In this document: positions 49,498-62,804 of the stretch, piece by piece
Layout of the letters: every line of letters starts with the position of its first letter
How positions within the stretch are numbered: the first letter of the stretch is position 1
Assembly (NCBI GenBank): GCA_028534125.1
Contig: CM052816.1
Span: forward strand, 11,472,001 to 11,536,000
DNA from: Lama glama
Taxonomy: Eukaryota
Direction: 5' to 3'
DNA: 64,000 nucleotides
The notes under the pieces: generated by a model
Database searches by the model: none
What the model was told of the DNA's origin: nothing
What the model saw: only the letters and a program-made list of their open reading frames with translations
Position numbers and translations under genes: made by a program

Positions 49498-51140
49498 ATG
49501 GACTACTACTCAGCCATAAAAAAGAATGAAATAATGCCATTTGCAGCAGCATGGATGGACCTAGAGATTATCATCCTAAGTGAAGTAAGTCAGACAGCAA
49601 AAGACAGATATATGATATCACTTATATGTGGAATCTAAAAAAAAGACACAAAACAACTTTTACAAAGCAGAAACAGACTCACAGATGTAGAAAACAAACA
49701 TGGTTGTAAAGGGGAAGGGAGGGGAGAGGGTAAATTAGGAATTCAGGATTAACAGTTACACACCACTATACATAAAATAGATAAACAACAAGGATGTACT
49801 GTAACCTCACACCAGCCAGAATGGCCATCATTCAAAAGTCCACAAATGACAAATGCTGGAGAGGCTGTGGAGAAAAGGGAATCCTCCTACACTACTGGTG
49901 GGAATGCAGGTTGGTACAGCCACTGTGGAGAATAGTATGGAGATTCCTCAAAAGACTAGGAATATACTTACCATATGACCCAGGAATCCTGCTCCTGGGC
50001 ATATATCCAGAAGGAACCCTACTTCAAAAAGATACCTGCACCCCAATGTTCATAGCAACACTGTTTACAATAGCCAAGACATGGAAACAGCCTAAATGTC
50101 CATCAACAGATAACTGGATAAAGAAGCTGTGGTATATTTATACAATGGAATACTATTTAGCCATAAAACGACAACATAACACCATTTGCAGCAACATGGA
50201 TGTCCCTGGAGGATGTCATTGTAAGTGGAGTAAGCCAGAAAGAGAAAGAAAAATACCATATGAGATCGCTCATATGTGGAATCTTAAAAAAAAAGAAAAG
50301 AACATAAATACAAAACAGAAACAGACTCATAGACGTAGAATACAGACTTGTGGTTGCCAAGGGGCCGGAGGGTGGGAAGGGACAGACTGGGAGTTCAAAA
50401 TTTGTAGATACTGACAGGCATATGTAGAATAGATAAACAAGATTATACTGTATAGCACAGGGAAATATAGACAAGATCTTGTGGTAGCTCACAATGAAAA
50501 AAATGTGACAATGAACATATGTATGTTCATGTATAACTGAAAAATTGTGCTCTACACTGGAAATTGACACAACATTGTAAAATGACTATAACTCAATGAA
50601 AAAAAATTTAAAAAAAAACCCTGAGACTTAGAGAGGGCAAGTGACTTGTCCAAGGTCACACAGTCACATGAGATGCCAACTCAAGTCTGCTCAATTCCAA
50701 AGCCTGTACCTTAGACCAGGGCTGTCCAATAGAACTCTCTATGGTGATGGTAATGTCTATATCTGCACTGACCAATACAATATTGTCCAACGCAAGTGGC
50801 TGCTGAGCCCTGGAAATGGAGATAGTGTAACTGAGGAACTGAATTTTTAAATTTTCTTTATTTTTAATTTTAATGTATCTAGCTACCTGTGGCTAGAGAC
50901 TATTATATCAGACAGTGCAACTCTTACTCCTAATTGTTAAAATAAATAAATAAATCCCCCAACCAAAACCAAAACCAAAACAAAAACAAAAAAACAAGGA
51001 TGTACTGTATAGCACAGGGAACTATATTTGATATCTTGTAATAGCCTACAATGAAAAAGAATCTGAAAAAAATAGATGTATAATTGAATCACTTTGCTGT
51101 ATACCTGAAACACTGCAAATCAACTATACTTCAATAAAAA
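49210..51140 (+). mobile_element. Older L1 3' end interrupted by a younger L1 carrying a 3' transduction
   Basis: ORF2 peptides at 49259-49498 and 49794-50414; perfect 17-bp TSD AACAAGGATGTACTGTA at 49787-49803 and 50993-51009; host L1 3'UTR resumes at 51010. Confidence 0.9.
50717..50920 (+). mobile_element. MER3-type hAT DNA transposon (inside the transduced segment)
   Basis: CAGGGCTGTCCAATAGAACT..GATGGTAATGTCTATATCTGCACTG..GTAACTGAGGAACTGAATTTTTAA..GACAGTGCA. Confidence 0.75.
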
Positions 51141-51314
51141 AGGTAATAAGCCCCATATGAGATTATAATTGATTAATTTTGTTTCTTAAGTCATCTCTAC
51201 TTTCAAAAACCCATCAGAATTTTCTGTGACTGGATACAATCCTGAGTAAATGATTCTACCTTAAGTTTGACTCAAGTTAAAGTCACTTTTTTTTGTATTA
51301 AAATGGTATGAAAA

Positions 51315-52556
51315 TTAAAGACCTAAAGGTAAGACCAGATACTGTAAAACTTGTAGAGTAAAACATAGAACACTCTGACATAAATTGCAGCAATATTTTT
51401 TTCGAACCAGCTGCTAAAGTAATGGAAATAAAAGCAAAAATAAACAAATGGGACCTAATTAAAAAGCTTTTGCACAGCTAAGTATACTATCAACAAAATG
51501 AAAAGACAGCCTACAGAATGGGAGAAAATATTTGCAAATGATGTGACTGACAAGGAACTAATTTCCAAAATATACAAACAGCTCATATACCTTAATATCA
51601 AAAAAACAAGCAACCCAATCAAAAAGTGGGCAGAAGACCTAAATAGACATCTCTCCAAAGAAGACATCCAGATGGCCAATAAGCACATGAAAAGATGTTC
51701 ACCATCGCTAGTTGTTAGAGAAATGCAAATCAAAACTACAGTGAGGTATCATCTCACACCAGTCAGAACAGCCATCATTAAGAAGTCTACAAATAAATGC
51801 TGGAGAGGTTGTGGAGAAAAAGGAACCCTCCTACACTATTGATGGGAATGTAAATTGGTGCAGCCACTGTGGAGGACAGTATGAAGATTCCTTAAAAACC
51901 TAAAAATAAACTTACTATATGATCCAGCAATCCCACTCCTGGGCATGTATCTGGAGAAAAATACAATTCAAAATGACACCTGCACCCCAATGTTCACAGC
52001 AGCACTATTTACAATAGCCAAAATATGGAAACAACCTAAATGTCTATCAACAGATGACTGGACAAAGATGTTGTGGTATATTTATACAATGGAATATTAC
52101 TCAGCTATAAAAAAGAATAAAATAATGTCATTTGTAGCAACATGGGTGGACCTGGAGATTGTCGTTCTAAGTGAAGCAAGCCAGAAAGAGAAATAAAAAC
52201 ACCATATGATATCACTTACATGTGGAACCTGAAAAAAAGACACGAACTTATTTACAAAATAGAAACAGACTCACAGACACAGAGAAAAACTTATGATTAC
52301 CGGGGGAAAGGGAGTGGGAAGGGATAAATTGAGAGTCCCAAGTTTGCAGATAGTAACTACTATATAAAATAGATAAACAACAAGTTTATACTGTATAGCA
52401 CAGGGAACTACATTCAATATCTTGTAGTAACCTGTAATGAAAAAGAATATGAAAACAAATATATGTATGTTTGTGTATGACTGAAACATTGTGCTGTACA
52501 CCAGAACTTGACACAACATTGTAAACTGACTATACTTTCAATAAAAAAGAATGGAA
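51315..52556 (+). mobile_element. 5'-truncated L1 (ORF2 C-terminus + 3'UTR)
   Basis: [76 protein letters not shown] (51300-51314) / AAAATGATATGAAAA (52557-52571). Confidence 0.92.
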
Positions 52557-53139
52557 AAAATGATATGAAAAAATACATTTTTTTTACAATAAAATGATGT
52601 GATTTCCTATTAGTTGTATTCATCCAGAGGGAAAATGACAGAAGTTGCAGATTTCATTGTCTGCAGCCAATTGCATAAATTCATCTGTATCTTAAATTTT
52701 AGGCACAGTTTACCTTAAAAGAAAACAGGTTTTTTTGTAATGTTAATAACAATACTAATTATGAGAAATTTGGAAAAAATATAGAAAAATATAAAAAATA
52801 AAATAAACATCACCTCTAATCACCTTCTCAGACAGAACCATTTTTAACATTTTAAAGGATTAACTTTGAGTCTTTTCTCCTTTACAATTTTATGTAGTAA
52901 ATTCTCTATCACAGACCAAAAACATTTTGGTGACAACTTTTCCCACTTAATTTGTTTCATAAGTATTTTCCCATATTATTTCAAACTCTGTAAATTTTTT
53001 AAAAAATGACTATGCGCTCTTTCATTTTGTGGCATTCCTACTGTTAAATATTTAAGTTTTCAGTTTTTTTCCCATTGTGAATAATGTTATAGAGAACATT
53101 TGTCTCTATAAATATTTCTCTCCACTTAAAATGTTCTCC

Positions 53140-56100
53140 TTAGGAGTGCTCCTAATCACTTCCGGTTTGGCACTGCTAGATTCAAACTGATTTTTGCTCA
53201 GATAAACTCTTAAAGTTTTTTTTAAAAGAACATGAAAATGAATATATGTATGTATATGCATGACTGGAACATTGTGCTATGCACCAGAAATGGACGCATT
53301 GTAACTGACTGTACTTCAATTAAAAAAAAAAACTTCAAAATGTTTAATATGCCTCAATGTATCTTTTCAGGTGTGGTGACAGGAGAACCCAAGGAGACTC
53401 TCGGGGGGGGGGCCCCTAGGAGCAACGACCAACAGCAGGGAAGGCGCCTGTGGAGCATCTTCAGTTGCTGCTTTCCTGCCACCCCTAGAGCTGGTGAGTA
53501 AGTTTCCTCCATCCTCCATCCATATCATTTGCATTATAAACTTTCAGACTTTATTTGAACTTTTCTCTCTGGAAACTGCTGGAGTTGGACTGTACCTACA
53601 TTAGACTGGGTCCAAGGTTGGACTGGTTGTGACTTAATCTGGACCGGGTTAAATATGACTGGATAGAGCTGTGGGTTGCACCCCTTTTGCAGCTAGGGTC
53701 CTTCCAACTGTTGTCAGCTCTCAGGGAAATTGTCTAAGTCCTTTTTCCTTTTGGGAGTGGCTCTGGATCTTGGGAAGGTGGTATCTTTTGCACCCTCTTT
53801 GGGGATCCGTCTTCATCCAAGAGATTGTTCAATACTGCCAGGAATATTTACTATTTGTCCCAGCTGAAACCTGAAAAAATATTTGCAAGGATTTTTTTTT
53901 TTTTGAGTAGTTCTTTGCTCAGAACTTGGCCAAATTGGAAGCTGATGTTCAGAGCCTGATAAGAACTTTTGTTTTAGACCTTCTCCCTTAAACTAATGAA
54001 ACTATGTATCCAGATGGAAAGAAAAACATTCAGAAGCCATTGTGGAAGGAGTTGTATTCCAGAGACACACAGGTCTAAATCTAGAATGTAGGACTCTTGA
54101 TCTCCCATCTTAGTTGAAGATCTTCTATTGATATAAAGAAGCAAATAGAGCATAATGTAGTTGGATGGCTGCTTCAGCCTCCTGATGTCATTCATTCAAG
54201 TTGCAATCCAGTTCTTTGAGGAATTAAAAACAACTGTATTTGCCTTACAAATTGAGCCTTTACAAGAACAGAAATTCAACTCTAGGAATGATTCCAAGCC
54301 ACCTATCCTTTTTACCAATCCCAGAATCTCCACTTTTCATGTCAAAAGCCTTGCAGATACTGTAGAAGATAATAGATCTAGGGGGGAAAGCCCTTCTTGG
54401 AGATACTTACATCCTTTCTCTGAGCCTTTGAGATGTAAATGTTCCACCTGGTCTTCTCTAGGAACCTAGAGCCATCTCTTGAGATGCAAACTACAAGAGC
54501 GGTAATTCTGATCCAGAAAATAAAAGATACTTGGAAATTAAGTGAATGAAAACTCTTAAAGTCTTTTAATAAATATTAGTAAAAGCCTTAGCCATCTGAG
54601 AGGTAACTGCAACTTATCCTATCTGCCAGAAACACAATTTGGATCCAACTGTTCTTTTATAAACCAGTGAGTATTCTATTACTGTACCTGTCTTATGGCT
54701 AAAATTTAAAAGTAAAAGCTATAAGATCTCTGCATTCATCTGTATGTTTATGTATGTGTATGTATGTGTGTTATAGATGTTTGATATTTTCGACCTCCTA
54801 ATAGTATTGCCAAAAGTAATTTGTAAAGAACTGTTCAACTGGCTTAAAGACAAACATTGATATAAATCAAGTCTACGCTCAGAAATGTAGAAGCTAACCC
54901 AAATGTTTTTCAAGTTCATGTGATGTAGGATAATCTTTGGCAAGTAGAAGCTAGTTGAAGCTTGTTGGTTTAATTAAAATAGGCATGTCTTCAGAGTTAC
55001 AGCATTAAAAATAATTCTTTCATTCTACCTAGGTTTACTAGAAGTCAAATAAGCTCATGTTATCTCTGTTACAGAATTTGTCAGCAAGAAAGATAGCTTA
55101 AGATGATGGCTAGCTACTTAATGTCTCATGAAGTTTTCATGAGTAATCTAAACATAATTGTTAAAACAAGTGAATTAAATAGCTGTGAGTGAGGTTAAAC
55201 CCTAAAAGTGAACTTTTCAACAATAATAATGCTTTAGGTATGTCTACTTAAAAGTAATTTCCAAAATATTTTTGGTAACTGAAACCTTACAGTTATGAGA
55301 TTATTTAAATGATGGATATTCGTTGAGTATCTAGATCACTTCCAAATAAGGAAAAATACTGAAATATAAATTACCGACATAGATTTATCCACTTTTGATT
55401 TCCTTTTACAGAGAACTATAGATGTTTGTGTGTATTAGTAAATATGTTTTGTAACACATTCAAAATTTTACTATGAGGAAGAATATACTTGTAGAAATTG
55501 TGAAATGTGTTTACAAATTTGCCAGTCCAAAGAATGCTGTGTAGCAGATGGTTCACAATCGCTTACTTCTTAGCTTTCACTAGAAATAAAGGGTTCTAAG
55601 GGTTAAGGATTCTAATCAGTATATGTAATTACGCTACTTAGAAAAATCAGAGCGTAAAGGAACAATTGTGTGAAAAGGAACAATTGTGTTAAAAGTAGAC
55701 AGGAAAATAGACTGACCGGTTGTTCCAGAGTTAGGAAGAGAAAAACACAGGGCAAGACCTGAATGGATATAAAAATATTGTAGAAGGTTAGTGGAAAAGG
55801 AACCTTGGAGAAGGAATTTTATGTATGGTCAAGCTGACTAAAATGAGAATGGATTTATTTAAATTTTTAAGGATGAATTTTAATATGAAAAGTATATAAA
55901 ATTAGAGTTTGTCCTTCTCTCTTTGCAAAGTGTTCTTGGAATGTCGGTCGGCTCTTGATTGTGAAAGGTTGCTGTTGTTGGTTACCTTTTGGGTAATCCA
56001 CCTGGAAAGCAAAGGTTTGGAGTCTTCCAAAATCCTTTCCTGTGCTTCATTTCGTCTTTATTGGATCTCTTATTACTTAAGAAAACCCAGTCATCTCAAT

Positions 56101-57240
56101 AGTGATAGAGCGAAGTTTTGTTCACAACTAGGTAACCTATTGTCAATTTATTTAAATTGATAATTAAGTATTATTTCATAGTGATCTGAGGTCTTGTTTA
56201 GTCAAATGTCCAAACCTTTTGACATTTTGACAACTCCCCCAAATCAAATTATAAATGCAGTCTTTTGGACCTCGAAATAACTTTGAAATTTCCCAGAGGA
56301 ACCCTGGAAAACCTCCAAGGATGTGTCTCTCACCTGGTAAAAGAGATGTTAAACGAATTATGTTTATATGATATGTTAAATTATGTGGGAAGTATTGTCA
56401 GATAATAAGTGGTGATACACCTTCTTAGGTGCTATGTTTTTGGATATATGTTGCAATATAGGTACTCCAAAAATTGTTTAAGTATCCTAGAAATTTGACA
56501 GTACTATCCTGTTATTGTCCTAAATTATTGTATGTCCTACTGTAGAGCACAGGGAACTATCTTCAATAGCTTGTGGTGGCCTATCATGAAAAAGAATGAA
56601 AAGGGGTGCGTGTATCTATGTATAACTGAATCACTGTGCTGCACACCAGAAATTAACGTAACATTGTAAATCGACTGTACTTCAATTAAAAAAAAAAAGA
56701 AATACCATGTCAAAAAAAAAAGATTATTGTTAATTAAAGAAAACCAGATAGCTCAAGTTAAGGCATTTAGTATTTTTCTATATATGAGAAGTTGCAGAAG
56801 TCTGGGCTCATTGGAATCGTTGCTTTGATTGAGGGCCAGTATCCAGTGTGTCTCAGCCTGAGTCTCCTCAGGGGGTACATTGGGAGTGGTTACCATGGCT
56901 GATGGCTTGATGGTGGCACCTTTGGGGAGGCTGCAGTGTGGTAGCTTGATGGCTGCAAAATCCTTTGTTTATTGATATGGCAAGCAGTATTTTTCATTCA
57001 CAGCCCGTGAATACCTCATGGATACGAAATCAAAACGCTAAGGACAACCAATCACAAACAGCCAGCTAGGTTTTAAGCTGTAGCCAAATCAGTGATTTCC
57101 TTATTTTGCTTCTGCCTTTTCTCTATAAAAGTCTCTCTCCAAGCCCCTGGTGGTGGAGCTTCCTCACCACTTCTAACTTCTACATTGGTGTTGCCTGATT
57201 TGGATCAATTTTCTCACACAAACTCTTAAAATTAAAAAAA
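53140..57240 (+). mobile_element. Degraded non-autonomous ERV1-class element: partial 5' LTR, non-coding internal region, 3' LTR, with nested L1 ends (about 53225-53335 and 56535-56715)
   Basis: Related LTR-end sequences GGAGTGCTCCTAATCACTTC..GATAAACTCTTAAA (about 53142-53213) and GGAGCTTCCTCACCACTTC..CAAACTCTTAAAATT (about 57155-57233); CCAAT and TATAAAA in the 3' LTR; AT-rich MER4/MER34-group-like interior with no gag/pol ORF. Confidence 0.6.
56728..57002 (-). mobile_element. Truncated LTR of a second (artiodactyl-type ERV1) family, opposite orientation
   Basis: Reverse strand begins TGTGAATGAAAAATACTGCTTGCCATATCAATAAACAAAGGA..GCAGCCATCAAGC, with a TG terminus. Confidence 0.6.
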
Positions 57241-58519
57241 ATACACACATCTGCTTGAGAGAAATTATCGGGTTGAAAGTAATGAATTTTTGTCCATTTA
57301 TGTTCCCCCTGTTTATTTCAAAGTAAGATAAGCTTATCACAGACAAGTAAAATATAATGAAACTAGGAAGGAAAAAATAGTCATTCAGAGTCTTCCACCT
57401 GGGGGCAACTGATGCTGAGGTTTTTGGCATGATTTCTTCTGATTTATGCAGTCATTTTCTTTCTTAGTAAGGTTCAAGGATGCAAACCTTTCTAAGGCTT
57501 TGGATAATACTGCCAGAATTGCTTTCAATTTATCAATTTATCCTCCTTCTGGAAGTGTGTGTGACTTTTCTGAAAACAGTTAACATTAAAATTATCAAGT
57601 AAGCACCATCGCTTCAAAATTCATGATTTTGGTCTGGCTCACTGAATGTCTGTGAACATAGGACTGGGCATAAAAACATACAAAACTCGTGTTACTTGGA
57701 AAACTCATTGCCAGCTTTTGATTTCTTTGCATAATTAAAGGATTCTTTTTTTCATAGTCAGGATCCTATTCAATTCGGTTGTGTTCAAAATTCTAACTTA
57801 ATTTAAATTTAATGAATCGTCAAAAGCACAATTGCGCAAAAATGCCTGAATGCATAGGCTCTGGTTGAAGTCTACCCTTTTGAAAAGCTACCTTTGCTAA
57901 TGGTGTTTATTCCTTGGGCAACCGAAAATGCCTATTTAATGAGTAGCAGTGGAAGTCCACTCACTGGTCTTTCCGAGTGAAGGCAGACTTTCAGTCACTT
58001 TTTAATACTTGTTTCCTGGGATGGATGGAAGAAAATATTCTCTTCGTTTATCACGGCAAACTTCTTCACGGCGTGGTGCACGTAGAAAATAATTGTACTC
58101 TTTTGTTTACACTGGAGTAAATGAATGAGGCTGATGGAATCAGAGGTGATCACCTCGAAGCCCGGGGCCTCACCTGGCTGTTCTGAGGGCGCAGGGATCC
58201 ACATTTCAGCCTCCCGTGATCCATTCATGGTACATCAGGGCCAGCTCTGTGTCCTAGGGATCTGAGAGGAATGTATCTTCCTGTGTTACGAAGAGCCTAT
58301 CTTTCATATTTTAAAATGTTATTTCTGTGTGTATATGTGTGTGTTTAATCTTTTCCTTGCTTGTATTGATTGCACAGAGGCCTTATAACTGTGAACCCCT
58401 CCTTAATAGAAATGCAGGTGTTTTTCTTGACAACTTTCTGACCCTACTTCTTCAGTCTTCTCCACAAAATACGCTCAAATTCTGTTCCAAATGTTTTCTC
58501 TATTTGATTTCTGTCACCT

Positions 58520-59270
58520 GGAAGTCATTCATTCAGCCATTATTAACTGAGTTCTGTTAAATACCAGGCACTTTGATAAGCACCTGGGATGGAGAAATGG
58601 TGAAGGCAGCTTCTGACTCTAAGATGTCCACAGTTTACTGGAGGGGACCGCAGGAATGATAAGGGGAAGCAAGAAGCACTTAATGATGCTTCCAAATGTC
58701 CATGGCCTTCTCCCTGGGGCAGGTGGGAAGGCACCCCAGGAGCAGTGACATCTCAGGTGTGACTTGAAGGATATGTAGAAGCTTGACATTTCATTCAAGA
58801 AACAGAGTACGTATTGGATAGGAGGCAGAAACTCATGGTTTTGAGAAGTAGCTGAGCTTGTCACTATGCCTGGAACACCAATTCCTGGCAGCACCTGGAA
58901 GAGTGATGGAGGACCAGTTTGGGAAGGAAGGCAGGGTTAGGTTTCGAGGATCTTTGCTGGCTTCATGAGGAGTTCGGACTTCTTATGCGGGAGACTGACA
59001 TCCACTGACTTGTGTTTTGGAAGCATTGCTCTGGCGTCTATGTGGAGGATGGACTTGTGGACGGGTGGAGAAGTTGTCAGGAGGTCACTGCAACTCTGAA
59101 AGCAGAAGTGATGAGGGCTTGACCTGGGGCCTGGGGGTTAGGGGTGGATGGAAGAAGGCAGTGGTGATAGAATCCATAGGAACGGCTGCGGGAGTACAAG
59201 AGAAGTCCATGTGGGCAGTTAAGTCCCTGATGATGTCATTAACTGAGACAGGGAGGCAGGCTTAACCCCC
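58520..59270 (-). mobile_element. L2 fragment, degraded
   Basis: CATTCATTCAGCCATTATTAACTGAG..CCAGGCACT..GTGATGAGGGCTTGACCT..TAACTGAGACAGGG. Confidence 0.6.
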
Positions 59271-60320
59271 ACCATTTCAGCTGTTCTTTGAGACCCAATG
59301 CAAGGGCTCTTCCTTTACAAGCCTTCTTCTTCCATGCTTGTCTCCCGAGGGACCGCTCTCTTCCCAGAATAGCTCTTCTGGCAGTCAGCAGTGGATGGTT
59401 TGCTCCCTAAGCAGGAGGCTATGATTTCATGTGTGTTAGGTTTGTTTCCTAAGCTGGATTGTAGGGCTGTGCATTTCAAGCCCCACATCTTGTGCTTCTC
59501 TGATATTCATCCCAGCGACCATGTCCCAGTGTTAGGCATTCACCAGGCTCTGTCTGCAGTAGGCAGTGGGGCCTCATGCTGTGCTTGCAAATGAAATCTT
59601 AAGTATAAAATTGATATAAAGTGAAGCTGCTCTGGCTAAGTAAGGGGTAGAAGGCGCAGAATCCATGACCCGTGTCTTCCTCCTGTCAGGGCTCCAAGAG
59701 GCACAGTTTGAAAACCTCCAGCTTGGTGGACTGGTCATGGGTTTTGGTATCAGTTAGAACTGAGTTCAGATCTTGGCTCTGTTCCTTGACTGTACAATAG
59801 AGCAGAGAAATGGGGAAACTGCTCTGAGCCTTACTTTCCCCTCTGTAAAATGGGGACAATAACACTCTCGTTGTAGTTTTATTGTGAGAACAAAGATATT
59901 GCATGTAAAAATCTCTGGCACCCATGAAATGTTCACTACGTCAGTTGTTAGTAAAAATAACAAGACACTTGCTAACTGATCCTTATTGAACCGGTTACTT
60001 ATTCAGTCTAAATAAACCTACTCATGTTCATGGTAAGAAAAGCCAGGGTTGGGGAGAAGTTATTGGTGGGTTTGGGATTCAGAGGGGACCCAGTCTTGTC
60101 TTACGCTCCATCCATTCCACCAGCCTGCAACTGCCTGCCTTTGCATGAGGGCCTATCAATATTTAATGTGTGGGTGTCAGTGCTGTAAACTGAGCATACC
60201 CCAGCACCAACCTGAATTAATTATATGCAGGAGGAGAGAAAATAAAATGCCTTTTTCTCAGAGCCCCAAGTTCCACTGGCTCCACGGAAGCCTGGAAACC
60301 ACAGGGTGAAATTTCTGCTC

Positions 60321-60656
60321 ATGGAGGATCCCGAGAAGAAGCTGAGCCAGAAGAGTGACAGCAAACCCCGGAAAGTACGCTTTAAAATCTCTTCCTCCTA
60401 CAGTGGCCGGGTGTTGAAGCAGGTCTTTGAAGATGGACAGGAATTAGAGTCGCCAAAGGAGGAATATCCTCACAGTTTTCTCCAAGAGGCCCTTGAACCA
60501 ATGGATGGTGTTTACGGGTCTGGGGAAGCCCCCAAGCCCCGACCGTGCTCCCCCAAGCTGACTGCTCAGAGGATCAGCGTGGTTAGAGAGGGCAGTGCCT
60601 ACACTTTGGCAGGCAGCCAGCCTTTCTTCAATGATTACAAGGCGAATGACCATAAG
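60321..60656 (+). CDS. GRXCR2: Glutaredoxin and cysteine-rich domain-containing 2, first coding exon (112 codons); gene continues off the right edge
   Basis: MEDPEKKLSQKSDSKPRKVRFKISSSYSGRVLKQVFEDGQELESPKEEYPHSFLQE...YKANDHK matches the GRXCR2 N-terminus (GRXCR-family KVRFKISSSYSGRVLK motif). ATG at 60321, phase-0 donor AAG|GTTGGT at 60657. Confidence 0.95.
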
Positions 60657-62804
60657 GTTGGTATTGCGCATGGCGTAGAAGCTTTAAGGATGAAAATGTG
60701 TTTAGAGAAGCACCTAAATGTTTCCCATCTGTATCCTGCTCATGTTCCAGTACCAGCCAGAGCTAGAGGTGCACCAACTGTGAAGCCACTATCAGAATAA
60801 TATTTCTGGGACAAAATATAACATGCTGGTTGACTACTTATTGGAAAATGCAGTAAGCATAGGTAGTATTCAAATTCCATCCAGGGCAACAAATGATAAT
60901 TGGGTCTTTGGCTGGGTTATCTCGGTAAGTAAATGAAATAGAGATGCAGTGGTTTTCAGGCTGCCAGACTGCCGGTGTAGAAAATTATGTGGCAATGGGT
61001 TGTTTTGTTTCCTGAAAGAGCTAAGCGTTTGAGGGTGCTTGCTCATTTTACTTCAGCCAATTATTTAGCTTGTGGTTTCTCCGTGTCTTGTTTTATTTCT
61101 TATCTCCCTCCTGCTGCTTCCTTTTTTAAAAATGTGTTTATTTATTTATTTATTTATTTAGCCTTTCCATTGCTCATTAGCCTGAGCACTGGGTAGTTGG
61201 AGTCCTGGGAAGAAATGGTGAAAAGCAAATTAGCCAGACGAAATGTTACATGGGGAAGACGTTTGAGCTAATAGTTCAACTGAAACATGTATTTTTATCT
61301 GTGAATTTCGGTTATCTTCTCCAGTACCAGGGTTAATCAAAAGCCCATACATGATTTTCTTTTAAGCTAGAAGAACCTGGGAATTATTCACTGATTTCCA
61401 CAAACTAATAGATGTGTGTGTGCTCTCTGCCAGCAGGACCGTGAATGCCTTAAAAAAAAAAAAGATGAAATCCAATTATATAATGTACCAGGTTATTAAC
61501 GAATAGCACACCAGGTTATGTTTTCATCTTTAAAGTGTGAAGTTTAGATAATTACTCTCTAATCATTTTTATTGTTAATTTCCTAGGGGAACAGATAATA
61601 CATCTATAGCAGACAAATGTACTGGCCTTGCTGGCATTGGTGAAAGAATAATTAAGGGCATGTCTACATTTATCAAAGCTAATACCAGGTTTCTTTTTGA
61701 TATTAAAGGGGACTGGAATGAACAACTCCTAACATTAGTGGAGTGACTTATGCATTGCAAAACATTATCACCTTCTGTATCATAGGATCTTCTCCACAAC
61801 CTTGAGGAGAAAGGCGTAGTATGGTCATTTCCACTTGGCAAATGAGGAGAATTAAGTGCCAAGTTGTAAGGGACTCACCCACTATAATCAGGGCATTAGG
61901 TGAAGAGTGAGAATAAAACCCAGGTCTTCTGGGAAACTGTACGCTTTGCTCAAACAGTGAAGCCTTCACACTCAATGCCAAGTTTTTGTTACGGATTTGT
62001 TTTTCCATAAAACCATTTTCAACCAATCACTGATTTTTAGGTTTTGTTTGTTTAAAAGTGTAAGAGTTCAAACTTCCACATTCTATTAAAGTTTAGCTCT
62101 AAAATCAAAATTAGAAAAAAAAAACCCAGGTCTTCTGATTCCCCATGCTTTTGGCCCTATGGAATGTTCCTTTTAAGAGAAAAAGGCCACTATTAATGAT
62201 GAAGATGATCATAGTTACCATTTATTGAGTATTTATTGTGTCCTAGGTACTTGGCCGTGTCTTGTGCTTACAGTACCTCTTTTTAACTAAATCTCATTTG
62301 TAGGTTTAGAATTGACAAAATCATAGTTTATATAAACCTTGTACAAGGCCACAGTTTATGATATTGGACTGCTTGCCCTTCGTAAGCCATGTGTCAAACT
62401 TGGCATCTATGTAAAAGTATGATTAGCAGGAACTTAATAAAATCAGATAACCGAGCCTTCACGGCTGCACTGCACAATGGGCTTAAACATAGCACTCTAG
62501 AGACCAGGTTCCGGGGTTGGTTTCTGCTCAATCTGATTCCCGGCTTTCTGTGTTATCTGATCCAATGCCACATCCCACTGTCAGCCACCCTTTTGGTCTG
62601 AGGATGGTCAGGATGGATTCTTGCTGCTCCACCCACTGAAACAGGTGGTCAGGGTGGTACTTAGCTAAAATAAGGAAATGAGAGCTGGGAAGTCATGATC
62701 TTTCAGTAACAAATCCAACTCTAAAACAACCCAGGGTAAATATTGACTCTGCAGCAATGTTGGGTAGCTGTTAAGCACAACAATTTAAAGTAATGGCTCT
62801 GAAA

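Noticed and set aside
49794..50414. 206-aa and 114-aa (51498-51842) ORFs as host genes
   Set aside because: C-terminal L1 ORF2 fragments in 5'-truncated, non-autonomous copies.
60657..60800. Extension of the 164-aa ORF beyond DHK, and its GTG start at 60306
   Set aside because: GRXCR2 homology ends at the AAG|GTTGGT donor, so the extension is intron. The recognised start is the ATG at 60321.
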